NCBI GenBank assembly: GCA_051313645.2
Contig: JBNRSN020000013.1
Span: 87,916,001 to 87,980,000, forward strand
DNA from: Centroscyllium fabricii
Lineage: Eukaryota
DNA: 64,000 nt
Direction of reading: 5' to 3'
Below the pieces are notes generated by a model. It saw only the letters and a list, made by a program, of their open reading frames with translations. It was not told the origin of the DNA and did not search any database. Each line of letters begins with the position of its first letter. Within the stretch, counting starts at the first letter, position 1. Below are positions 36,171 through 47,911 of the stretch, piece by piece. The translations under genes and the position numbers were made by a program.

Positions 36171-37746
36171 ATTAGCTACTTTCCAATCTTCAGGCATTAA
36201 TCCTGTTTCTAATAATCCCCTAAAGATAGTAGCAAGGACACGACCAGTTTCCCTAGTCATTCCTTTAAGTATCCTTGCATTGGTCCATCCAGCTTTTGTG
36301 CCTTGATTTCCTTTAACTTTCTGAGCCGATCAATGACTCTTATTTGAATGTTTTATTTCTTTTAGGACTTCCCCTTCCCTCCTCCACACCTGGAGGTTTA
36401 ACCTGTAGTCTTTTACAACCTCAGGTTGTCCCAATGTGCTTCACAGTCAATGAAATACTTTTTAAGTGTACTCCATGTTATAATGTAGGGAAACAAGGCA
36501 GGCAATTTGTGCACAGCAAGGTCCCACAGACAAAGAGATAAATAACCAGATTATTTGTTTTGGTAATGTTATGATGTTGTTTGAAAGATAAATGCTGGCC
36601 AGACATTGGTGAACCAGTTGGGTTTTTACAAATGCTTGACATTCTTCTTCTATCTTAACCTTATTTTACACTTTAGCTCTCTGACCAGTTTCTTAACCTT
36701 CTTTACTTGGTTTTTATAATTGTCTCAGTCCAGCATGCTACATATAACTTTAAACTTTAGGAACAACGAGGATGAATTTCCATGAGGATTCTACCACTCT
36801 TCCGTGCAGGAAGTGTGGAAGAATCTTCGGTGGAAGAACCGTGGAAACCCTGGAAAAACTTTGTAAAAACTGTTTCCATCATTTCTCTGTCATTTCTGCT
36901 GCTCTCCCGTCACATTTAATGGGGACAAGCTGAGGAACCGCGACAGAGATTCACCAGCATTCTTTTTCTTTTGTCTTTATTCCCAGCATTACTTCCGTTG
37001 TTGCCCAAATTGAACTTTTCCCTCGGTTACCTAATGATACATATCGTATCTGTACTTTACTCTGTGTATAATATTGCTAAGCATGATCTACTTTTCTTTT
37101 ATTCTAACAGTGCTGTCCAGTCCAGTTTCCTTAACTCATCTCTCAACCCCTCAAAACCCATCTAATTTACTAACATTCGAATTGTTATGAGCCAAGTCCA
37201 GTCATCAAGCCCAGTCATCAAATCCAACATAACAGTATTTTTATTGTACCCATTTATTTTTCTTAACCTTAAACTTCATCATGCTGTAGTCAATGTTCTC
37301 AAAGTGTTTGCTGACTTGACTTCCATTCCCAGCTCCTGGTTTTAACTCAAAGTTATGTCCAATAGCAATTCTTTCTTGTTTGATTTCCTTGACCAACTGC
37401 TCCATGCAACCATCCAATATTGTATCTAGGATTATGTTTTCATTCCTATTGCACCTTTAGTAGATTTCCCAATCTGCCTCTGGTAAATTGAAGTCACTCC
37501 TAACAATTGCTTCTGTTCATGTATGTTTCTTTTTTTTGTCTATAATGTTCTTGGTCCAATCCTTCCTCCTAGTGGCCTATATCAGATGTCCATTGTTAGT
37601 TTCCTTCCGCTTTATGTCTCTAATCCTTATCCACAGGGTTTGCATATTATCCACATCCAGACTAGATAGCTCTGACTACATTATCATCAAGTTCTCTTTC
37701 ACATAAAGACAAATGACATCCTATGTGACTGTGCCTGTGATAAACT

Positions 37747-38144
37747 ATGAGAGGGGATCTCATTGAAACTTATAAAATTCTAACAGGACTAGACAGACTA
37801 GATGCAGGAAGGATGTTCCCGATGGCAGGGGAGTCCAGAACCAGGGGTCATAGTCTAAGGATAAGGGGTAAACCATTTAGGACAGAGATAAGGAGGAATT
37901 TCTTCACCCAGAGAGTGGTGAACCTGTGGAATTCTCTACCACAGAAGGCAGTAGAGGCCAATTCATTAAATATATTCAAGAAGGAGTTAGATATATTTCT
38001 TAAGGCTAAAGGGATCAAGGGATATGGAGAGAAGGCAGGGACAGGGTACTGAATTTGGATGATCAGTCATGATCGCATTGAATGGCGGAGCAGGGTCGAG
38101 GGGCAGAATGGCCTACTCCTGTTCCTATCTTCTATGTTTCTATG
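37747..38144 (+). mobile_element. CR1 3' fragment
   Basis: MRGDLIETYKILTGLDRLDAGRMFP..GYGEKAGTGY*, then a (TTCTATGT)n tail. Confidence 0.93.
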
Positions 38145-38503
38145 TTATCCCTTCACATCCTTCTCAGCCTGTCTGTAGCCATTGACAGGTTGACCACACC
38201 ATCCTCCTCCAACGCCTCTTCTCTGTTGTCCAGCTGGGTGGGATTGCACTCACCTGAGTCCATCGTTACCTCTGGAGTCCCCCAAGGATCTATCCTTAGT
38301 CCCATTCTATTTCTGATCTACATGCTGCCCCTCGCCAACATCATCCAAAAGCACATCAGGTTCCACATGTGCGCTGATGGTACCCAGCTCTATTTCACCA
38401 ACACCTCTCTCAAACCCACCACTGCCTCTGATTTGTCACGCTGCTTATCGAACACTCAGTATTGCATGAGCAGAAAATTCCTCCAATTAAATATTGGGAA
38501 GAC
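38145..38503 (+). mobile_element. L2 LINE RT fragment
   Basis: [41 protein letters not shown]. Confidence 0.85.
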
Positions 38504-39327
38504 AAATTTACCAGAATATTTGAATTCAATTTTCCAACTTGCTGAAAGCAGAAACGATTTGAAATGTGTTAAGGGTGAGTGTTATTAGGGGCACTGCGTG
38601 GGGGCGGGGAGGGGGTGCACTGACTGCTTAACAAAAAGAATCCCTCCCCTTCTAAAGGCAGTTTGAACAAATTTTGCTGGCATCAAATTCTGTCTGAAAA
38701 TCAGTAACCTTTAACATTTTTTTAATGTATTGATTGAGGTTATTGTTTCCGAGAAACCCTTTACAATATCTACACTAAGTTTAGACTAATCCGGGAACAA
38801 ACAATAACGCCTTTATTTTATCACCCATGAATGCAATATAAAGATTTTGAAACTTGGCGCAAAACACCAGGCAGAAAGAAATAAACATTTCTCGTTTCTA
38901 TTCAAATGTCTGAAAAGTGTCCTGGAGACCTCTGCCTGGTCTGGCAGTTTTCACCTAGTCTTTGTAGTAAGAACAACGTAGACTTTCCCGATGCGGAGAC
39001 TCATTTTACCCCAACAATTCCCTGTCTCTCTGCTCTTACATGGTTCATTTCAGAGCCAGTGAAATCCACTGTCTTAAAAATGACAAATGAAATGTTTGGC
39101 TGAAAACCGATTGTAATGTAAATAGGCTGGAGAACTGATCGATGCTGCCCAGCTCCAGGGAGGTGGTGAGACCCAAATGGCCCGAGTGTTGGAACATCGC
39201 AGGGCCGCCAAAAGACTGGGTGAAAATAAATCTAGCATTGGTTTTGAATACCGGCTCAAACACGGCTCGGTGAAATCCAGCGGCAGCGAGATTCCTGTAA
39301 TATCCGAAAGTAATTAAATTAAATCAT

Positions 39328-40198
39328 GATATGGAGCTGCCGGTACCGGTTGGACTGGGGTGGACAAATGTTAGAAGTCACACAACACCAGGTTATAGTC
39401 CAACAGTTTTATTTGAAATCACAAGCTTTCGGAGCATTGCTCCTTCGTCAGGTGAAGTGAAGAGATGCATATAGGCACAGCATATATAGTCAGTGAACAA
39501 TGCTAGATGATTACAGGTAATCTTTCCAACTGCCCTTCATCACACCTCAGCAGAGAGACATTCACAGCAATCACAGGTGTGAATGGTGTCCAAACAGATC
39601 AGTCAGGAAAGCACCACACCGAAGAACAATGAGGTGTAGTCACAAAGGGTCAAATGTGTGAAAAACAAAAACAGAACAATAAAAAAAAATGTCTTACTGG
39701 AAATCACAACCGGTCCAGCCGCATCTGTGTAGTGAGAACAAGCCAAAGACGACTCGAGTCTGGATGATTCTACGTCAGGTGGGGATACATGTAGCGTGAC
39801 ATGAACCCAAGATCCCGGTTGAGGCCGTCCTCATGAGTGCGGAACTTGGCTATCAGTTTCTGCTTGACGATTTTGCGTTGTGTGTCTCGAAGGCCGCCTT
39901 GGAGAATGCTTACTTCGAGATACTTTGGGACTCCACCTCATTGTTCTTCGGCGTGGTGTTTTCTGACTGACCTGTTTGGACACCATTCACACCTTTGATT
40001 GCTGTGAATGTCTCTCTGCCAAGGTGTGATGAAGGGCAGTTGGAAAGATTACCTGTAATTATCTAGTATTGTTCTCCGACTATATATGCTGTGCCGAGAT
40101 GCATCTCTTCACTTCACCTGACGAAGGAGCAGCGCTCCGAAAGCTTGTGATTTCAAATAAAACTATTGGACTATAACCTGGTGTTGTGTGACTTCTTA
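39328..40198 (-). mobile_element. Penelope-like retroelement 3' end (family B): GIY-YIG C-terminus, pLTR and ~275-bp inverted pLTR
   Basis: Minus 39913-39770 translates VSILQGGLRDTQRKIVKQKLIAKFRTHEDGLNRDLGFMSRYMYPHLT*, resembling the vertebrate PLE endonuclease C-terminus. Arms 39373-39647 and 39923-40196; 12-bp TSD AAATTAAATCAT at 39316-39327 and 40199-40210; hammerhead motifs at 39419-39455 (-) and 40114-40150 (+). Confidence 0.92.
40114..40150 (+). ncRNA. Minimal type I (short stem III) hammerhead ribozyme motif, PLE-associated
   Basis: TCAC/GTGA stem I, CTGACGA core, GGAGC/GCTCC stem II, GAAA, palindromic AAGCTT giving a CUU cleavage triplet. Activity untested. Confidence 0.7.
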
Positions 40199-40654
40199 AA
40201 ATTAAATCATCAGTCCGATTATTTCTCACCAAAAGTGTGTTTTCATAGAATCCTGTGGGTCTGACCAGAAACTGTTCAATCTTATTGTACTATCAACAAT
40301 AAGGATCCCAACACTGGGTAAATGCACTTCTAAATTTTTCGGAGGCGTATGTTATTTATTAGAAAGAAAGGTAATGATACAAAGCGAAATGATATTTAGG
40401 GCATGGGTGGATTTTATCAATACCAATGCCTGCTTGTTCTTCTAAAATCGAATATTTATTTCAAGAAACGTATTAACTAAACAGGAGAGATTCTCGGCAC
40501 AAAGTTAAAGATAAATAATCTGTTAAAGAACGATAATAACATCCGTCACCAGTAAATAGCCTTCCCGCTCTCCTGTATAATACATGGAAGAAAAGCTGCG
40601 GCTTTATTATTCAGCACCGGGGAGCCAAGCAGACAACAACTCATATATCCAGCC

Positions 40655-41810
40655 TTTAACGTAATAAAACATCCCACGGTGCTTCACAAGAGTGTTATCA
40701 AAAACTACTGACATCTGCGTCATATAAGGAAACGGTAGGGCAGATGGCCAAAGCTGGGTAGAAGAGGTGGGTTATAAGGAGCATCTTAAAGGAGGAAAGA
40801 GAAGTGCAGAGGTGGAGAGATTTCAGGAGGGAATTTCAGAGCTCAGAACCTAGGCAGCTGAAGGCAGCATCTCCAATAGTGGAGTGTTTAAAATCAGGGA
40901 TGTTCAAAAGGCCAAAATAGGCAGAGTGCAGAGGTCTAGGGGGTTTGTAGGGCTGGAGGAGATTACAGAGATAGGGAGGGGGCGAGGCCATGGAGGGATT
41001 TGAAAATAAGGATGAGAATTTTAAAATCGAGGCGCTGCTTAACTGGGAGCCAGTGTAGGTCAGCGAGCACAGGGGTGATGAGTGAACGGGACTTGGGTGC
41101 GAGTTAGCACGGGACGGCAGAGTTTTGGATGAGCTCAAGTTTATGGAGGGTAGAATGTGGGAGGCCGTCCATGAATGCATTGGAAGAGTCAAGTCTCGAG
41201 GTGACAGAGGCATGGATGAGGGTTTCAGAAGCAGATAAGCTGAGGTAAGGGTGGAGATGGGCAATGTTACCAAGGTGGGAATGGGCAGTCTCAGTGTTAG
41301 AATGGATATGAGGTAGGAAGCTCAATTCATGATCAGACATGACACCAAGGTTGCGAACAGACTTGTCAGTCTTAGACAGTTGCCGGAGAGAGAGATCAAA
41401 TCAGTGGAAAGGGAATGGAGTTTGTGGCATGATTCAAGATTCAAGATAATTTTATTGCCATGTGTAACTCGTACAATGGAATGCTTACTCCCCATTCACT
41501 CTCACAATTATAAATGTATAAATGAAGACAATGGTTTCGGTCTTCCCGATATTTAATTGGTGGAAATTTCAGTGCTAGATGTCGGACAAGCAGTCTGATG
41601 GTATAGAGACGGCGGAAGGTTCGAGAGAGCTGGAGGAAAGGCGGAGCTGGGTATCATCGGCGTCTGTGTGAAAACTCACATTGTGCTGCCAGATGATGTC
41701 AACGAGGGGCAGCATGTAGATGAGGAATAGGAGTGGGCCAAGCATAGACCCTTGGGTGACACCAGAGGCGACAGTGCAGGACCGGGAAGAGAAACCATTG
41801 CAAGACAAGG
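40655..41810 (-). mobile_element. L2 LINE 3' fragment, with a short (TTCAAGA)n-tailed insert at ~41430-41525
   Basis: [28 protein letters not shown] and ETLIHASVTSRLDSSNA. Confidence 0.88.
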
Positions 41811-42264
41811 ACAATGTACCAGTTGTTTGGACTATTTGTACTGCTTGAAAGAAAGACCTGCATTTATATAGCACATTTACAGCCAATGTAGTACTTTTGA
41901 ATTGTAGTCACTGTTATAGTGTAAGTTAGAGACTTTTGTAGATCTCAAAAAATGACAGCAATATTGGGTATAGTTATAAAACATTAGTATAAATATACTC
42001 TGATCCTGGGTCATTTTAAACCATTTGTATAATAGTTAATTTCAAAGGCCTTGCTTGCTACACTGACCATTAGAACAAACTAGCAAAAGAAAACAACCAT
42101 TCAACCGCATCGCTCTACCAGATAGATAAGGGAAATATTTAGCTTCTATAAAGCATTGCATGCCGGGAAATGCGATTAATAATCATATAATTAACCTGGA
42201 ATGAAAAATATCAATCCTTCAAACTGATAGCACTGATAGATCTACATTTATTATAACATTCATG

Positions 42265-44000
42265 GTGGTTGAAGGAGATTACAGAGATAGGGAGAGGCCA
42301 TGGAGGAATTTGACAACAAGGATGACAATTTTGAAATCAAGGCATTGCTTAACCCGGAGCCACTGTACGTCAGCGAGCACAGGGGTGATTGGTAAATGGG
42401 ACTTGGTGCTAGTTAGGACATGGACAGCCGAGTTTTGGATCACCTCAAGTTTACGTAGGGTAGAATGTGGGAGGCCATCCAGGAGTGCATTGGAATAATC
42501 AAGTCTAAAGGTAATAAAGGCATTGATGAGGGTTTCAGCAGCGGATGAGCTGAGGCAAGGGCGGAGACAGGTGATGTTATGGAGGTGGAAATAGGCATTC
42601 TTTGTTATGCTGTGGATATGTGGTCGGAAACTCATTTCAGGATCAAATATGACACCAATGTTGCGAACAGTGTGGTTCAGCCTCAGACAGATGTTAGGGA
42701 GAGGGATGGAGTCAGTTGCTAGGGAACAGAGTTTGTGGTGGGGACCGAAAACAATGGCTTCGGTCTTCCCAATATTTAATTGGAGAAAATTTCTGCTCAT
42801 CCAGAACTGGATGTGGGACAAGCAGTCTGACAATTTAGAGACTGTGGAGGGGTCGCAAGAAGAGGTGGTGAGGTAGAGCTGGGTGTTGTCCATGTACATG
42901 TGGAAATTGACGCTGTGTTTTTGGATGATGTCGTCAAGGGGCAACATGTAGATGAGAAATAGGAGGGGCCAAGGATAGATCCTTGGGGAACACCAGAAGT
43001 AACAATGCGGGAGCGGGAAGAGTAGCCGTTGCAGGTGATTCTCTGGTTACGATTAGATAGATAAGAATGGAACCAGGCGAGAGCATTCCCACCCAGCTGG
43101 ACGACGGTGGAGAGGTGTTGGAGAAGGATGGAGTGGTCAACCATGTTAAAGGCTGCAGGCAAGTCAAGAAGGATGAGGTGGAGGCGCCGGTGCTGGACTG
43201 GGGTGGACAATTGTAAAAAGTCACACAACACCAGGTTATAGTCCAACAGTTTTATTTGAAATCACAAGCTTTCGGAGCGCAGCTCCTTCCTGAGACTATA
43301 ACCTGGTGTTGTGTGACTTCTTACAAGAAGGATAAGGAGGGACAGTTTACCTTTGTCAGTCACAAAGGATGATTTGTGACTTTGAGGAGAGCCGTTTCAG
43401 TACTGTGGCAAGGGCAGAAACCTGATTGGAGAGATTCAAACATGGCATAGTGGGAAAGATGGGTAGAGATTTAGGAGGCGACAACATGTTCAAGGACTTT
43501 GGAGAGGAAAGGGAGGTTGGAGATTGGGCGGTAGTTTGCAAGGACGTAGGGGGCCAAGGGTTGTTTTTTTGAGGAGAGGGGAGATGATGGCAGATTTGAG
43601 GGAGAGGGGGACAGTACCTGAGGAGAGATAACCGTTAAAAATGTCAGGTAACATGGGAGCCAGAAAAGGAAGTTGGGTGATCAGCAGTTTGATGAGAATA
43701 GGGTCGAGGGAGCAGGAGGTGGGTCCCATGGACAAGATGAATGTGGAAAGATCATTAAGGGAGATTGGAGAGAAACTGGAGAAAGATGTGAGTTCAGGGC
43801 TAGGGCAGGGGGGAACCTTAGAGGAAGCTTGGCCTGGTGGGCTAGGGGAAGGAAGGGAAGTGCAGAGGCAGCTGAACGGATGGTCTCAATCTTAGAGACA
43901 AAGAAGTCCATGAGCTCCTCACACATATTGTCGGAGGTGAGGATGGAGGAGACGGGGAGAAGGATTTAAGAAGACGTTAGCAGTAGAGATTAGGAGGCGG
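42265..44000 (-). mobile_element. L2 LINE ORF2 fragment
   Basis: LILLDLPAAFNMVDH, SGVPQGSILGP, FLQLNIGKTEAI and ETLINAFITFRLDYSNALL spread over several frames. Confidence 0.92.
43175..43323 (-). mobile_element. Penelope-like fold-back insertion (family B) inside L2; hammerhead core truncated
   Basis: TSD CAAGAAGGAT at 43165-43174 and 43324-43333; short inverted arm GACTATAACCTGGTGTTGTGTGACTTCTTACA. Confidence 0.85.
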
Positions 44001-44644
44001 AGTTTATCTTAGATCTTGATCTGACTCTGGGATACAGTTGGAGTTTAACTCCAGCATATTGTCAGGTGCTTAGGCCTCCTGGATCCTTTACTAACTTAAC
44101 AGAGGTTTGTTTAAATATTTACAGAAAACGGGCGTAAGACTGGAGATCCCTACTGGCTGTTAGAAGGTGATTGACAGTCTGCAGCATAATTCTGGTGCTG
44201 GCAGCTGCAAATCAAGCTCGGCAGATCGAGTCTCCCACCAGCTCAGCAGTGCACGATTGCTGTATAACAAGTAGACAGCACACACATTCACAGAGCTATG
44301 TTTCAATTTCACACACTTCTGACCATGGCACTGGGAAAAATACAACTTTAATGTGTTATCACTGATTTCCTGCATTATATGTACAACAAGCAAGTAGGTT
44401 TTAGAAGGAGGATTTATGATGTTATCAGTTTTATTTAATGACCTGTTATGTCATCATTGGTTTAGCCAATGGTCCCGCTGTAGGCTGGCATTGGAGAGGC
44501 TTGGCTTGATCTGTAATTCCACACTGAACACTGATTAATCTTATGTTTGATAGGTTGATAGAGGTCAGTAGTAGAAATATGAAACCATATATAGAATTCT
44601 AACTGCCTGGACCCAAATAAGGTTGGAATTTTCTCTCGGAATCA

Positions 44645-45877
44645 GAAGGAAAGAAAGAAAGACTTGTATTTATATAGCATCTTCCACGACCTCAGGACAT
44701 CCCATAGCACTTTACAGTCAATGAAGTTCTTTTGAAGTGTAGTCACTGTTGTAATGTAGGAAACACGGCAGCCAATTTGCACACAGCAAGCTCCCACAAA
44801 CAGCAATGTGCTAATGACCAGATAATCTGTTATTGTTTTGTTGGTTGAGGGATAAATATTGACCAGGACACCGGGGATAACTCCCCTGCTCTTCTTCGAA
44901 ATGGTGCCATGGGAACTTTTACATCCACCTGAGAGAGCAGACGGGCCTCGGTTTAATGGTCCAAAAGTTAGCCTTGGAGCCTTCCTGCGAGTGCAAGGCT
45001 CCAAGGTACACTTACCCTGCATTTCTGCCGTTTTGCAATTATGGGATGTGAAATCCCGAGTTGTACAGCTGCTGCAAGCTCCAAGTGCCCTGCTGGTGCA
45101 ACTCAACGGCGTAGTTAGTGGGAGATATCGCACGGGACCACGGGATCTGCAGGGAGCCAATCAATGGAAGCAATCCTCCATTCATAACTTACACGGAGAA
45201 ATCTGTGTAAGTTATGAAAAGGAAGAGCTTCAAAAACACATATAAACACAAACATAAAATAAAAAAAACACCACATTTTTTAACAATACTCTAACTAACT
45301 TAAATTACCTATTTTACAAAAAAATAAAAATTTAGAAAAAAAAATTAACGTTTTTAACTGGCCTAAAAGAATACTTACCTGTCTTTTAAATTAAAAAAAA
45401 TTAAAAACCTGTTAAAACAATACTTAAATTCTATAAAATAAAGACTTACCTGCTAAAAACGGGTGGTTACGGCTGATATTTTTAAGTGTAAAATCTTCCA
45501 TACTTACCCCGATAAAAAATCGGGAAAAAATTGGAAGTCCACTGCGCACCACCTGGTGCGCAGGCGAACGCGATCCAGCCGGCTGCAGCTCGCGATCCCC
45601 CGCTGGACGCCATCGGAATTGCAAGTAGCAGCTGGAAATGGCTGCTACCTGCAATTCGGAGCTCGGGTGCGTGAGCACCCGGCTCAAAAACCTCCCACGG
45701 TCTTCGTAATTTTTGGTCCAATGTCTCATCCAAAAGATGGCACCTGTGACAGAGCAGCACTCCCTCAGTACCGTACTTGTGTGTCAGCCTAGATTTTTGT
45801 GCTCAAGTGGAGTGGGACCTGAACCCACAACCGTCTGACTCAGAGGCGAGAGGGCTACCTGCTGAACCACGGCTGAC
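44645..45877 (-). mobile_element. SacSINE1-like Deu-SINE split by a MITE
   Basis: (GAAA)n tail at 44645, Deu-like core, tRNA-like head at 45800-45877; SINE sequence is continuous across 44957/45720. Confidence 0.85.
44958..45719. mobile_element. PIF/Harbinger-like MITE, 762 bp
   Basis: TIRs GGTCCAAAAGTTA / TAATTTTTGGTCC; 3-bp TSD AAT (44955-44957, 45720-45722), confirmed by the interrupted SINE. Confidence 0.85.
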
Positions 45878-46325
45878 ACATAAGCCACAATGAGAGCAGG
45901 TTTCCATATGAAATGTTATGAATTCTTATATTGGAACCTGGTACTCATAGTTCACCATATGCAATTTCTCTATTCTCTAGACTGCTTTCTTAGAAAGATT
46001 TAACATTTTAAATTAGAGCTCAATTTGCTCAGAGCCTTAAAAGAGATAGTTGGATAATATAGCCATAAAATTCAAGGAGGGATATAATAAATAGATAATT
46101 TTGCAGTTCTAAAGTGAATTAGAATGAATTAAAGGGAAGGTAACTCCTTCAGATAATTACTATCAATGATATTCACAGGGTAGCTCACTGGTTTTAGTTT
46201 TTTTTAGTAACATTTTAGTTTTTAATTTTTTTCATATTCCTATTTACACAACTCCTCAGTGAGCTCTATATGACCATTTGAGGCAATACAATGGTGGTAA
46301 TCATCCTTTGCAGACTTGTTACAAT

Positions 46326-47078
46326 GGGCCCTGTTTTCCTGTGGCCCGATTGCTGCGGGTGCACGCGCACGTAATTTTTTTTTTTTTTCTGACGGCAATT
46401 TCCTGTTGAAAATGCCGGGTTTTTTTGCTGCGTAGGGGTCTGGCTTTCGTTGGTGCATGGTGCTTTGTGCGTGGGTTGTGAGCAGGCCACGCCCACTGAG
46501 GTCGGCTTTCCCCCCGCACAAAGCACAGACCACAGACAAATATCCGCAAAGGAATCAAAAGTTTCAGCTTTTAAAAGGCAAGCGTTTTTTTTTGGTGGAA
46601 GTGAAAAAAAAACGGGTTTTTAACTCGATTTCAGCAGCTCTGGTGGCCACTGAAATCGAGTTAAAAACCCGTTTTTTCCCCGTTTTTTTTTCAATTCAAC
46701 AAAAATTAAAAAAAACACTTCCATTTAAAAGCTGAAAGACCACACACACACATCACCAAAGGAATGAAAAAAAACCTTACCTTTTAAAGCTTTTAAACAT
46801 GTTTCTCCACTTCTCAAAGCTGCCTGCAGCACCTCTTAAGACTGCTTTCTAAATGTGCAGCTCAAGAGAGACTTGCCCACGTGATACACACGCATTTTGA
46901 GCAGCTGCCACAGGAAATCAGCAGTTCAAAGTCTTCCTGCGTTGGAAGCTGAAGCTCCTTCCCCATCAGCACAGGAAATTGATGTTTCTGGGAATCCCCC
47001 GTGCTGCACCCCCACGAGGCATTTCTGACCCCCCTTCGTGGGGGTGCAGCTCTTCTGGAGCACAGGAAAACAGGGCCC
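46326..47078. mobile_element. PIF/Harbinger-like MITE, 753 bp
   Basis: Perfect 18-bp TIRs GGGCCCTGTTTTCCTGTG; flanks AAT and ATT; internal perfect 28-bp inverted repeat at 46607-46677. Confidence 0.82.
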
Positions 47079-47679
47079 ATTATTCTAACAGGCACACTCA
47101 CTTTAAAATTTGTATATAGGACCCCATTAAAGAGCCTTGTAAAGTGGGCTATTTAAATCTGAGAATCTAAGTAATCTCTTATCATTGGTCATACCTACCT
47201 TGTTCCACTAAGAGCCTGGTATATATAATAGAAAGGATAGTGTGCAGATGGCAGTGTTACAAGTTTGATCATGGGATCCAATGTGCAAAAGTGATGCTCA
47301 AGAGATTCATGAATCTCTAAAGTAGTTCAAGAGTGTCTTAAACAGATTGGCAGCTATCTGTTATTATTTATGGAGTGCAGAATTTTGATTAAAAAATACT
47401 CAGTTTTTCTTGTTAAAAATTGTTATAAAATGAATGTGCAGAGGCGAAAGGCTGAAGAGTCTCGGTTATATTGCCACTTTGCATCACTAAGAAGCCGTTG
47501 CTGCTTCAAAGTGACACAAAAGTGACCTACCTATGGCGAGCAGCAGTCTGAGGAGAAGACCGCCTCATACTGCGAGGACTACAAACCAAAGTCAAGTGGA
47601 GTGTCAAGCCCAGTTTAAAAAGTGCTCAGAGTCCGTTGGACCTGCTGGACACTTTTGTCTTTGCTCTTTGAAAATTGGT

Positions 47680-47900
47680 GATACTGGCAAGGCAGAATTT
47701 ATTGCTCATCCCTGGTTGCCTTGAGGGCATTAAGAGTCAAGTATGCAGTGTGGGACTTGAGTCACGTGTAGCCCAGACCAAGTAGGAATGAAAAATTCCC
47801 TTCCCTGGCAGACATTAGTGAAGCATTTAGGTTTTTGCAACAATCCAGCAGCTTGCATTGTCAATTGATGGGCATAAATGACCAGATTTATTGAATTCAA
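47680..47900 (-). mobile_element. Fragment of a tRNA-derived SINE (same family as 54450-54865)
   Basis: GAATTTATTGCTCATCCCTGGTTGCC..ACATTAGTGAA..CCAGATTTATTGAATTCA. Confidence 0.7.
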
Positions 47901-47911
47901 TGTTACCTTTT

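Noticed and set aside
45371-45381. ATACTTACCTG as the 5' end of a U1 snRNA gene
   Set aside because: Only 11 nt match and no U1 body follows; better read as an antisense splice donor.
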